From a virus: a stretch of DNA of 64,000 nucleotides. Under the pieces are notes generated by a model, which searched no databases, had not been told where the DNA came from, and saw only the letters and a list, made by a program, of their open reading frames with translations. The stretch's first letter is position 1, and each line of letters opens with the position of its first letter. A program made the position numbers and the translations under genes. The stretch lies in IMG/VR virus record IMGVR_UViG_3300029574_000202; one strand, 5' to 3'. Shown here piece after piece: positions 8,396 through 17,339 of this stretch.

Positions 8396-8918
8396 TGACA
8401 TAGCAGTCAATTATGACAACCTCTTTCGTGATGAAAGTAGTTTAGTCGAGAACCGTGAGGTGGGAGCGATGCTTCCACCTCTCAAAGGTTCTGTCTTAGA
8501 TATCGGTTGTGGAACAGGATTGCTAACGGAGGTATACGACATATCTCCACAGGATTATTTGGGCATCGATCCTAGTATTGGAATGTTAACACAGTTCCGC
8601 AAGAAACATCCAGAGTTTGCAGAACGTCTTGTAAACGAACCGTTCACTGGCAAAAACATAGATTGTAAAAAGTTTGATAATATTGTCGCTATGTTCGGTT
8701 CTCCGTCATACTTGTCAGGTTACGCCATAGTAGCTATATCTAAGAGCAATGCCCGTAAGTTTCTTATGTTCTACAAGGAGGGTTATCATCCTGTCACATA
8801 TGAAAAATGCGATGTCGAGTTTTCACATAATGTGTATTCAAAGAAATCCCTTATTCATTTGTTTGGAGAAAATAACGTATCAGAATATCACAACTATATA
8901 ATTGTAAATAGCCAATGA
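8376..8918 (+). CDS. Class I SAM-dependent methyltransferase
   Basis: Motif I VLDIGCGTGLLTE and an acidic residue in LGIDPS; length 180 aa. Confidence 0.65.
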   Translation: MNYSQYDDIAVNYDNLFRDESSLVENREVGAMLPPLKGSVLDIGCGTGLLTEVYDISPQDYLGIDPSIGMLTQFRKKHPEFAERLVNEPFTGKNIDCKKFDNIVAMFGSPSYLSGYAIVAISKSNARKFLMFYKEGYHPVTYEKCDVEFSHNVYSKKSLIHLFGENNVSEYHNYIIVNSQ

Positions 8919-9571
8919 AACAGAAAGGGTTGCGTTATGATGGAAGTATTGATAAATACCCCATAACAGAAGGAGAAGTCTATTGTTTGGACAATGGAAG
9001 TAAAATCACCATTGCTGATATTACATTAGAGCTTCCTGAGTTTTCGGAAAAGGCAGATTGTGTGTTTATTGACCCTGCTGGAAACAAGGGTGTTCTAAAG
9101 GCTTACTATACAAAAGCGGAAAAAGAATGCCCAGTCCAAAGCTTTGACGAGTTTGTTACACACATTAAAAAATGTATCGAACAAATAAAACCAGACAGGC
9201 TTTTTGTAGAGTGCTTTGCTCGTAATAAGACTCAAATTATCAAAATGGTCGAGTCTTTATTCCCATGTGTTAAAATTTACAACAACACATATTACCACAG
9301 TCCTAAAAATGCTTGTTGGATAGTACAAGGAACAAAACAGCCAGAGGATTGGAAACTTGAAGGAATGGATGAATGGGAAGCCGTTTTCAAAATATGTGAA
9401 GATGTTCCTTTCAAAGCCATAACAGATTTCTTCTTGGGACAAGGGCTCGTCGCTGAGGCAGCTTTTAATGCCGGTAAGGTATTTTATGGAAGCGACATGA
9501 ATCGCAATAGACTTGCCGTTGCTATAAACCGCATAGCAAAACGAGGAGGAGATTGGACAATAAACAAATAA
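8915..9571 (+). CDS. Beta-class (N6A/N4C-type) DNA methyltransferase-like protein with an atypical catalytic motif DPAG instead of DPPY
   Basis: The order is motif IV first (ADCVFIDPAGNKG), then motif I (DFFLGQGLVAEAAFNAGKVFYGSDMN, compare DPFxGSGTT...GiE.N). Only 218 aa. Confidence 0.5.
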   Translation: MKQKGLRYDGSIDKYPITEGEVYCLDNGSKITIADITLELPEFSEKADCVFIDPAGNKGVLKAYYTKAEKECPVQSFDEFVTHIKKCIEQIKPDRLFVECFARNKTQIIKMVESLFPCVKIYNNTYYHSPKNACWIVQGTKQPEDWKLEGMDEWEAVFKICEDVPFKAITDFFLGQGLVAEAAFNAGKVFYGSDMNRNRLAVAINRIAKRGGDWTINK

Positions 9572-9578
9572 AAATCCT

Positions 9579-10313
9579 ATGATAAAGCTATCACAAATTA
9601 TTATCCTTAACGTTCCCAAAAGAGAACGTGAGGGCAAGTATCTAAAAAAACTTATAGAGACAAGTGCTAAGCCTTTTGGTATAGAGGTAAGTATTTCCAT
9701 GGATAGAGGTTTAGGATTGTGGGATAATTACTCAAGAGCGCTAACGCAGGATGTAGCCGAGGGAACACACAGAATGATTATCCATGATGATATATCTTTT
9801 GACAGAAACATCCTCGAGAAAATACTTTACATCCTTTCTCATGCCCCTGAGCACAACATTATCAGTTTTTACAATCCAACCAATGGAGATTATATGGACT
9901 GCTTTAATAAAGGCAAGCATGTAATCTCAACAAAGACAAACTTTTGGCTACAGGCAAGTGTTTACCCAAACGACTTGGCGAAGGATTTCGTAGAGACATC
10001 TAATAAAATGACTGATGACCAAACCAGATATGACGACTCACGACTTAAAGCATATTTGCAGGCGAAAGGAACGTGTCTGTATGCTATCGTTCCCGGTTTG
10101 GTTCAGCATTTTGGTGCATACAGAAGCACTTTTGGGAATCCAGGTTCCGTCGGAGGGATACAGCGCTATAGCAACACATATAACAACCAGTTAGATGTAA
10201 AGACTATCAATTGGGAAGAGGAATTTAAAACTCCATATCTCGCAAAATCAAGCAAAGATTGGGTCAAAGAAATAGTAAATAAGGAATTTTTCGATGAATA
10301 CAAGAAACTCTAA
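9579..10313 (+). CDS. hypothetical protein (244 aa); a possible transferase within the modification island
   Basis: ORF, ATG-initiated, embedded between the MTase-like and ParB-like genes. No clear motif was recognised. Confidence 0.4.
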   Translation: MIKLSQIIILNVPKREREGKYLKKLIETSAKPFGIEVSISMDRGLGLWDNYSRALTQDVAEGTHRMIIHDDISFDRNILEKILYILSHAPEHNIISFYNPTNGDYMDCFNKGKHVISTKTNFWLQASVYPNDLAKDFVETSNKMTDDQTRYDDSRLKAYLQAKGTCLYAIVPGLVQHFGAYRSTFGNPGSVGGIQRYSNTYNNQLDVKTINWEEEFKTPYLAKSSKDWVKEIVNKEFFDEYKKL

Positions 10314-10749
10314 AGAAAACCTTGCTTTAAAATTGGCGAAAGACAATATAGAGGTAGAACAGGTGAAACCACTGCATATTGACTACATTAAAGTTGATGA
10401 CATTTATCCAAATGACTACAACCCCAACACTCATGATGCAGATAGCTTTGACTTGCTCGTAAAGTCCTTGCTTTATTTTGGCTTTACCCAACCTATCGTT
10501 GTTAATCGCTCTACAATGCAGATTGTGGATGGAGAAAACCGCTACAGAGCCGCTTGCGTAATTGGATATGAAATGGTTCCAGTTTGTTTTGTTGACTTCG
10601 ATGAAGAAAAACTTAAATATGCGACTATTATGCACAATGCCGCACGTGGACATAATAATAACGAAATGATGACTAAGTTAAAAAATTACTTGGATACCCA
10701 TTTCGACAACTCCAGTGACAAAGTACTCTTAAATAACAGGAAGAAATGA
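10294..10749 (+). CDS. ParB/sulfiredoxin-fold (ParB-like nuclease domain) protein #1
   Basis: Core VDGENRYRAA corresponds to the ParB N-terminal domain motif DGxHR..A. Length 151 aa. Confidence 0.55.
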   Translation: MNTRNSKENLALKLAKDNIEVEQVKPLHIDYIKVDDIYPNDYNPNTHDADSFDLLVKSLLYFGFTQPIVVNRSTMQIVDGENRYRAACVIGYEMVPVCFVDFDEEKLKYATIMHNAARGHNNNEMMTKLKNYLDTHFDNSSDKVLLNNRKK

Positions 10750-11939
10750 TATTTTATAGTGACAAGAATGTTTACGAAGCGGCTCTTGAGAGATTTAGAT
10801 ACATCTTTAAAGAGTTTTATGGCAAACGCAAGATTGTTGTAACAATGTCTGGCGGTAAGGATTCGACTGTAGTCCTAAATCTCGCCCATGAGGTTATGCA
10901 AGAAATGGGAATAGAGAAAATACCGGTTCTTTTCTTAGACCAAGAGGCTGAAACACCAATGACAATTGAATACGTACGATACATCATGCATCTTCCGTGG
11001 GTTGAGCCGTATTGGATTCAGTCGTATTTCCAAGAATGGAACGCCTCAAAGGGAGAGTGGTTCAACGTATGGGGGCCAGGAGAAAAGTGGATTCGCGAAA
11101 AAGAGCCGGATTCTTATGGTGACTTGGAGATACCGCACAACCAGTATTTCTCCAAGACCCTTGATCAGGTGCACAGAATGTTATTTGGAAAAGACTACCT
11201 TACTTTGGGTGGTGTACGAATTGAGGAGTCGCCTGCAAGATTGTCGGGTCTTACAAGGGGAGAGTGCCTTCCAGGCATCACATGGGGAGGAGGCGGTGGA
11301 TATTACAAAGACGGAACCCCAAGAAGTCTTGTTCTCTACCCTATTTGGGATTGGAAGGTATATGATGTGTGGTATTACATCTTCAGCAATAAGCTTCCGT
11401 ACTGCAAACTCTACAATTATCAATTCACACAAAAACCGTTACGAGCGTGTAGAGTTAGCTCGTTAATCCACGAGCAAGCTATACACGACCTTGGATTTAT
11501 TAAGGAGGTAGATCCGTGGTTTTATGATAAACTTGTCAGACGAGTTGCCAATGTCAATACATCTGTACACGCTTTTAACGATGTGGCGAATTATTGTTAC
11601 AACCTACCTCCTTATTTCAAGGATTGGGACGAATACGTTGACTACCTTGCCGATAACCTTTGTGAAGACAAGAAGAATGCGGAAACTATTAAAAGGGGAT
11701 ATCGCTCAGCAAAAAAACGCAACACAGCGAAAGCTGGACATTGTCAAGAGTGCGTTGATTACGTAATACATCAGATAGGCTTCACAAGCGCAGTTTGTGT
11801 TATTGCTGAGGATTTTGGCATGAAGAGAATACAGAGCGTTGAGCGCTCACTACGGCAGTATTTGAGTGACAATTATGTTAAAATAGAAAAAGCTAATAAA
11901 GAATATGAATCTTCAAGAAAACATAAAGAAGGAGTTTGA
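10746..11939 (+). CDS. PAPS-reductase-family PP-loop ATP pyrophosphatase, IbrA/DndC-like, with a C-terminal extension
   Basis: PP-loop VTMSGGKDSTVVL. A block LYPIWDWKVYDVWYYIFSNKLPYCKLYNYQ matches the CysH-family PLxDW..DVW.YI....PYN.LY region. At 397 aa it has an extra C-terminal region of about 150 aa, as in IbrA/DUF3440 proteins. Confidence 0.8.
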   Translation: MIFYSDKNVYEAALERFRYIFKEFYGKRKIVVTMSGGKDSTVVLNLAHEVMQEMGIEKIPVLFLDQEAETPMTIEYVRYIMHLPWVEPYWIQSYFQEWNASKGEWFNVWGPGEKWIREKEPDSYGDLEIPHNQYFSKTLDQVHRMLFGKDYLTLGGVRIEESPARLSGLTRGECLPGITWGGGGGYYKDGTPRSLVLYPIWDWKVYDVWYYIFSNKLPYCKLYNYQFTQKPLRACRVSSLIHEQAIHDLGFIKEVDPWFYDKLVRRVANVNTSVHAFNDVANYCYNLPPYFKDWDEYVDYLADNLCEDKKNAETIKRGYRSAKKRNTAKAGHCQECVDYVIHQIGFTSAVCVIAEDFGMKRIQSVERSLRQYLSDNYVKIEKANKEYESSRKHKEGV

Positions 11940-12564
11940 CGCAGCGAAAGACAAGCTGCAGTTCTTAAACGACCTTAGAAAATACATAAGCTCTTTGTCT
12001 CCAGAGAAAGTAAACCCGGTTGACTGTGTACTTTGGGTAGACAAAGACATGGTGGTTGCCAATAACTATAACCCAAACCATGTTGCCGACAAAGAAATGC
12101 GACTTCTTTATACATCGGTAAGAGAGGACGGATACACTATGCCTATCGTCACCATTTGGGATGAGAAACTACAGAAGTACGTAATCATTGACGGATTCCA
12201 CAGAAATCTCGTTATCCGCAAATTTGCTGACATAAACGAGCGTTGTGGCGGAAGATTGCCTATCGTAGTGCTCGACAAGGACATTGACCAGCGAATGGCA
12301 TCTACCGTCCGCCATAACAGAGCGCGAGGAAGTCATTCTGTCGACGGTATGGTGAACATTGTTTTCAATATGCTTCGTGACGGAAAGTCAGAGCGTGAGA
12401 TTTGTGAGCAGGTAGGACTTGAACAAAAGGAGCTCGTAAAGCTAAAATACGTGACAGGTTTTGCCAAAATATTTAAAAACTACAAGTACAACGCCGCAAT
12501 TGAAAAAGTCGTAGATGAGAGGCGTGTGGCAAGAGAAACAGCAAAGAAAGGAGAAACAGAATGA
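11905..12564 (+). CDS. ParB-like nuclease domain protein #2
   Basis: VIIDGFHRNLVIRKF (DGxHR motif). The N-terminal region resembles a ParB N-domain. Length 219 aa. Confidence 0.65.
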   Translation: MNLQENIKKEFDAAKDKLQFLNDLRKYISSLSPEKVNPVDCVLWVDKDMVVANNYNPNHVADKEMRLLYTSVREDGYTMPIVTIWDEKLQKYVIIDGFHRNLVIRKFADINERCGGRLPIVVLDKDIDQRMASTVRHNRARGSHSVDGMVNIVFNMLRDGKSEREICEQVGLEQKELVKLKYVTGFAKIFKNYKYNAAIEKVVDERRVARETAKKGETE

Positions 12565-13187
12565 AAGTAAAATCAGTTAAGCTAAGCGAGATTTACCCTT
12601 ATTACGATAATCCTCGCGACAACACAAATGCCGTAGAGCCTACAAAGGAGAGCATTAGGCGATTCGGTTTTGTAAAGCCGATTTTGGTAGATAAAGCAGG
12701 AGTTATCATTGCCGGTCACACACGTTACGTCGCAGCTTATCAATTAGGCATGGAGTACGTTCCTGTTGTATATTCCAGCATGGATGATGAGATGGCGAAG
12801 AAGTATCGCATCCTTGATAATAAACTTGCCGAAAAGTCATCATTTGACGAAGACCAGCTCTTGGAAGAGTTGCGAAATATGGAAGTGCCAACAGAAATGC
12901 AGGTCTTCTTCTTCGAGGATATAGACCAAATGCTTAATTTCTCCTTTGATTCAATTAGTCAGCAAGCAGAGGAATACGGTGGCTTCCAAGATGATTATTC
13001 ATCAGTTGATAACGAAAATTTAGAAGCCACATCATCTGAAACAGAAACTACATCTACCGACGAAGAGGAGGAAGACCCCGCAAAAGACCTATTCGTACTA
13101 AAAGAACGCGAAGATGGAAGCCACTACATGAAGGTTGTTTGTCCATTCTGCGGCAATATGGAAACCATTGAAATAGAGGAGGTATAA
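12561..13187 (+). CDS. ParB-like nuclease domain protein #3 with an acidic linker and a single C-terminal CxxC
   Basis: IIAGHTRYVAAYQLG (GxxRxxA); acidic tract SSETETTSTDEEEEDP; C-terminal VVCPFCGN. Confidence 0.65.
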   Translation: MKVKSVKLSEIYPYYDNPRDNTNAVEPTKESIRRFGFVKPILVDKAGVIIAGHTRYVAAYQLGMEYVPVVYSSMDDEMAKKYRILDNKLAEKSSFDEDQLLEELRNMEVPTEMQVFFFEDIDQMLNFSFDSISQQAEEYGGFQDDYSSVDNENLEATSSETETTSTDEEEEDPAKDLFVLKEREDGSHYMKVVCPFCGNMETIEIEEV

Positions 13188-13188
13188 T

Positions 13189-13806
13189 ATGTCAGACATA
13201 AGAATCAACGATACTATCATAGAACTGCCAATTGAAAGCATCATACCGCATGATGGTTCGCACAAAACAGACGAAAATGCAGTTAGTGCTCTTATTCAGT
13301 CGATAAAAGACTTCGGTATTACGCAGCCCATCTCGATTGATAAAAACAACGTTATTGTAACTGGCAATGGAGTATACAAAGCGGCTAAGGCTTTGGGAAT
13401 TGACAAAATTCCGTGCATACGTGTAGGCTATCTCACAGACGAGCAGATACAGCAGTATCGTATTGCAGACGACAAAACATCAGAGTTCGCAACATGGAAC
13501 GAGAAAAAGCTCCGTAAAGAATTATCTTATTTAGGCGATCCGAACAGCTTACAGTATGCGTTCGACGAAAGCATAACTAACATGCTCGGTCTTAATGCCA
13601 AGCCTAAGGCCCCAAAAACAGTCACCGTTCCAACAAAGGAAGAAACAAATCATTCTGTTAAAAAAGTAATTACCGAGGAGCAAAAGGATCAGAAGTTCAA
13701 AGAGGAGTTGAAGGGTGTGGAAGAGACCATTCAAGTTAAGCCCTCAGAATACTACGAATATCATTGCTCGAATTGCGGCAAACTTGTAAAAGTAAAGAAG
13801 CCATGA
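13189..13806 (+). CDS. ParB-like nuclease domain protein #4 with a single C-terminal CxxC
   Basis: VIVTGNGVYKAAKALG in a ParB-like N-domain context (IESIIPHD...); C-terminal YHCSNCGK. Confidence 0.55.
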   Translation: MSDIRINDTIIELPIESIIPHDGSHKTDENAVSALIQSIKDFGITQPISIDKNNVIVTGNGVYKAAKALGIDKIPCIRVGYLTDEQIQQYRIADDKTSEFATWNEKKLRKELSYLGDPNSLQYAFDESITNMLGLNAKPKAPKTVTVPTKEETNHSVKKVITEEQKDQKFKEELKGVEETIQVKPSEYYEYHCSNCGKLVKVKKP

Positions 13807-14339
13807 CACAAGAAACATCACAGCAGAAGACAAAATCGTTCGTGCATAGGATTCCAAACCCAGTTGGCAGACCTTTTAAAATAAAGTCTGCCTCCGAACT
13901 TTGGGAAAAGTTTGTGGCTTACTGTGATGATGTTGAAAACAACCCCTGGCAAGTAAAGACCGGCAGTAACTCTATTGCTGGAGACAATGGTAGGCAAAGC
14001 AATACTATGCGACAAGAAGTACGTGTTATGCAAAGAGCATACACTCTTTATGGGTTTTGTGCTTTTTGTGGCATAGTCCAAAAATGGGCTGACTTCAAGC
14101 GTGGTAACATGAAACGTAAAGGTTTTGAGCCTGTTATTATGCAGATTGAGAATGTCGTTGCATCACAACAGCTTGATGGTGCGCTAATTCATCAATTTGA
14201 CAGTAACATTGTTGCCCGGCTGAATGGTCTTGCCGACAAGCACATCCAGGAAGTCACTGGTAAAGATGGTGAAGAATTCAAATTCCCGAAATTATCTATT
14301 GACGATATTAACGAACTGAAAGATATAAATGGATTTTGA
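13803..14339 (+). CDS. Terminase small subunit (putative)
   Basis: Sits immediately upstream of TerL with an ATGA overlap to the previous gene (start at MTQETSQQ). N-terminal basic, HTH-like region PNPVGRPFKIKSASELWEKFVAYCDD. Length about 178 aa. Confidence 0.5.
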   Translation: MTQETSQQKTKSFVHRIPNPVGRPFKIKSASELWEKFVAYCDDVENNPWQVKTGSNSIAGDNGRQSNTMRQEVRVMQRAYTLYGFCAFCGIVQKWADFKRGNMKRKGFEPVIMQIENVVASQQLDGALIHQFDSNIVARLNGLADKHIQEVTGKDGEEFKFPKLSIDDINELKDINGF

Positions 14340-15804
14340 AAAGCAACGGTTTCTCCATAGGCAGCTATTAGCGTCTTCGCTATTGCAGTTTACTACTAAG
14401 ATGTTCGCCTACACGGCTCGCAGAGAGTACGTCGTAGGCGAACATCATAAGATTATATGCGATGCGTTAATGGACGTTATAAAGGGCAGGACGAATAAAC
14501 TCATTATAAACATATCGCCACGTTACGGAAAAACGTTACTTTGTTCCCAAATGTTTATCGCCTATGGACTAGCACTAAACCCGGCATCAAAATTTTTGCA
14601 CATTTCTTATTCAGGAAGCTTGGTTCAAGAAAATTCCATGGCGGTGAAAGACACAATAACTTCAACATATTTTCAGGCACTTTTCCCAGAAGTACAAATA
14701 AGGAAGAACGATAACACACGTGCTAAATGGAGCACTACAGCAGGAGGGGGCGAGTATGCCACATCTACCCTTGGACAGATTACCGGTTTTGGTGCTGGTC
14801 AAGCAGAAATGACAGAGGAGGAGCTAAAGAACATAGATGACTTTACTGCACAGTTCAATCCAGACCATTTTGCAGGCGCAATAGTTATAGATGACCCATT
14901 GCGCCCAGATGATGCTCTTTCTGATAATGTAAGAGAGTCTATCAACAGACGATTTGAGACTACCATAAGAAACCGTGTAAACTCACGTAAGACACCAATT
15001 ATCATAATTATGCAGCGATTGCATGAGCATGACCTATGCGGATATTTGCAAGAAATTGAGCCAAACGAATGGACTGTTGTATCATTACCTGTTATTAAAC
15101 GTGACGAAGACGGCACAGAGCACGCATTATGGCCTTTCAAACATACACTTGAAGAGTTGTATAAAATCAAGCACGCCAGCGAGTTTGTGTTTGAAACCCA
15201 ATATATGCAGAACCCAACCCCAATGGAGGGACTCATGTATCATGTCTTTAGAACGTATGATGCACTGCCAGAAAGGAGAAAGGCACGTATGCTTGGAAAT
15301 TATACAGACTCTGCAGACACTGGTTTCGATTTTCTGTGCTCTATATGTTTCGATGCGCATGATGATGGATATTATGTAACAGACGTATTGTACACCAAAC
15401 GTCCAATGGAGTTTACAGAGCCTGCACAAGCTAATATGCTTAAACGAAATAAGACAGACATTTGTTTTGTGGAAAGCAATAATGGAGGTCGTTCATTCGC
15501 CCGAAACGTCGAACGCCTTACAAAAGAGTACGGTAATCGAAAAACAATATTCGTAACATTTACTCAGTCTAAGAACAAACAGATACGAATATTCACACGT
15601 TCGAGTGAAGTAAATAACCGACTCGTCTTCCCCTCTAACTGGGAACAGCTATGGCCAGAGTTTGCACATGACTTAAAAGCATATCGCAAGGAGGGATATA
15701 ACGCTCATGATGATGCTCCTGACGCAGCGACAGGAATTATAGAGAAATGCGAAGAATGGCTAAACAACATCTCGGACGAACAGATTATGAGAGACTTTTT
15801 GTAA
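14329..15804 (+). CDS. Terminase large subunit
   Basis: Walker A ISPRYGKT, Walker B AIVIDDP and IIIMQRLHEHDL. RNase-H-like nuclease domain with DSADTGFDF and HDDAPDA. Length 491 aa. Confidence 0.9.
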   Translation: MDFEKQRFLHRQLLASSLLQFTTKMFAYTARREYVVGEHHKIICDALMDVIKGRTNKLIINISPRYGKTLLCSQMFIAYGLALNPASKFLHISYSGSLVQENSMAVKDTITSTYFQALFPEVQIRKNDNTRAKWSTTAGGGEYATSTLGQITGFGAGQAEMTEEELKNIDDFTAQFNPDHFAGAIVIDDPLRPDDALSDNVRESINRRFETTIRNRVNSRKTPIIIIMQRLHEHDLCGYLQEIEPNEWTVVSLPVIKRDEDGTEHALWPFKHTLEELYKIKHASEFVFETQYMQNPTPMEGLMYHVFRTYDALPERRKARMLGNYTDSADTGFDFLCSICFDAHDDGYYVTDVLYTKRPMEFTEPAQANMLKRNKTDICFVESNNGGRSFARNVERLTKEYGNRKTIFVTFTQSKNKQIRIFTRSSEVNNRLVFPSNWEQLWPEFAHDLKAYRKEGYNAHDDAPDAATGIIEKCEEWLNNISDEQIMRDFL

Positions 15805-15924
15805 GCACCAAAGCCGCATGGGATTTATTCCGTGCGGCTTATTCTTTTCGGTTCGTGCAATTATGGTTATGCCGGATTTAGAAAATCATATAAGCCATAT
15901 AAACCACTGATAACCAGCGGTTTA

Positions 15925-16055
15925 TTTAGTATTTTTAACTAAAATATCTATTAGTATATTTGCATATATACGAATATGTTAGTACCTTTGTATATAGTTA
16001 AGAAACAGGTAGAATTGACTAACAGGTCGCTACCTAACAAGTTAAACCAATTAAA
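15925..16055 (+). promoter_or_regulatory. Repeated promoter-leader cassette, copy B (near-identical to A and C)
   Basis: Identical to copy A apart from 2-3 substitutions. Followed by ttaaattcagaagag and then the ATG at 16066. Confidence 0.6.
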
Positions 16056-16065
16056 TTCAGAAGAG

Positions 16066-16227
16066 ATGTCGGAAACAAAATGCACAACTTACAAAAATCA
16101 TGTTATCCAGAAGTTTGAGGATAGCGACGGGTTTGTATCAGTACTTATCGACTTCAAGATAGAGGCTGTTACACTAAATAACGCAAAGAGAATTATCAAT
16201 ACTGGTTGTTCAATCTATAACTATTAA
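16066..16227 (+). CDS. hypothetical small protein (53 aa, MSETKCTTYKNHV...)
   Basis: First ATG after cassette copy B. The track ORF at 15976 starts inside the promoter repeat and is rejected in favour of the 16066 start. Confidence 0.3.
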   Translation: MSETKCTTYKNHVIQKFEDSDGFVSVLIDFKIEAVTLNNAKRIINTGCSIYNY

Positions 16228-16231
16228 AACT

Positions 16232-16429
16232 ATGAGCAAGGTTTCTATTTTCAAGATCAGGATAGTTAAGGCTATCAAGAGCGGAAACAACGAAGAGCGA
16301 TACATTGCTGAAGCATGCAAGGTCGGATATAACATTTTCGACTTCCATGCAGCGATGAAGCTGTTGCAGAGAGAACGAATGATAAAGTACAACGAAACTA
16401 TCGAAGGTTACCAATTATGCAATCAATAA
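16232..16429 (+). CDS. hypothetical protein (65 aa)
   Basis: ORF. Confidence 0.35.
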   Translation: MSKVSIFKIRIVKAIKSGNNEERYIAEACKVGYNIFDFHAAMKLLQRERMIKYNETIEGYQLCNQ

Positions 16430-16686
16430 TCATAACGGCAGATGGTCTACAAAAGAAAGTAGACCCTGCTAACGGAAAGGACTTCTCGCTTAAAGAACTA
16501 AACGAGATTGTAGATGGATATATAGAAATTCTACATATAGGTGATAAGCTTCTTGTATGCAACGAAGAAGGAAAGCTCCAGAATCTTTCGTATAATGCTA
16601 TAGCGACACGTATTATTAATGCCGTCGGTATAAAAGATTATATCGTTGGAAATGTATTATTTTGCGATAAAGACAAAATCAAATAA
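16417..16686 (+). CDS. hypothetical protein (89 aa), DUF3846-like
   Basis: ORF; pattern ...ADGLQKKVDP...LKELNEIVDGYIEIL. The family guess is from memory. Confidence 0.35.
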   Translation: MQSIIITADGLQKKVDPANGKDFSLKELNEIVDGYIEILHIGDKLLVCNEEGKLQNLSYNAIATRIINAVGIKDYIVGNVLFCDKDKIK

Positions 16687-16688
16687 CT

Positions 16689-16886
16689 ATGAACAAAGAA
16701 CAATTGAAAAGATACCTCATTGACGAGGCAGAACACAAAGAAGCAAGAGTTAACGAGATGGACGCATGGGAACTGTTCGACCGATACCTTAAGTGGAACG
16801 GAATCTGCGGATACACAAGCGACATCATAGAAGCCTTTAAGGCCGCGTTTGAAGATGAAATACTATTCGACGATACGGAGGACTAA
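16689..16886 (+). CDS. hypothetical protein (65 aa)
   Basis: ORF. Confidence 0.35.
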   Translation: MNKEQLKRYLIDEAEHKEARVNEMDAWELFDRYLKWNGICGYTSDIIEAFKAAFEDEILFDDTED

Positions 16887-16889
16887 GTT

Positions 16890-17339
16890 ATGGGATGTTT
16901 CAGTTGGTTTACGATGGATACACACCATCGAATTGTGAACTGTGATTTGTACACCGTATACCTCGTAGATGACAAGGGCAATAAATGGAAGGAAAATTGC
17001 TACGAAGGATATGGAGTATTCGGAGGCAAGGATTTTTATGAATTGTTAGCCGAAATGAATGGTTATGAGTTCAAAGATTATGGAGATGGCGAAGGGTATG
17101 TTATTCATGGTGGCAAGAAATACGTATCAAACAACGTGTGGGAAGACGCAAGACTCATAGGAATAGAATTGGCTTTCGGAGAAGAACCAGGTGGAAAATG
17201 TAAATACCCATATGGTAATAATCCAACTTTGAATTGGCCAGCTATAACAGAGAGCGGCGAATATATTAAAGGAATACCAGAAATGGATCCTGAACAAGGG
17301 TTTATAAAAGACGATAACGAAGAGGAGGACTGGACATGA
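16890..17339 (+). CDS. hypothetical protein (149 aa)
   Basis: ORF, overlapping the ligase start by 4 nt. Confidence 0.45.
   Translation: MGCFSWFTMDTHHRIVNCDLYTVYLVDDKGNKWKENCYEGYGVFGGKDFYELLAEMNGYEFKDYGDGEGYVIHGGKKYVSNNVWEDARLIGIELAFGEEPGGKCKYPYGNNPTLNWPAITESGEYIKGIPEMDPEQGFIKDDNEEEDWT

Noticed and set aside
10966-11466. The alternative-frame ORF overlapping the PAPS-reductase-like gene
   Set aside because: The main frame carries conserved PP-loop and CysH-family motifs. The alternative frame has no features.
15976-16065. The track ORF start at 15976
   Set aside because: The first 30 codons translate the conserved promoter-leader repeat. The start is moved to 16066.
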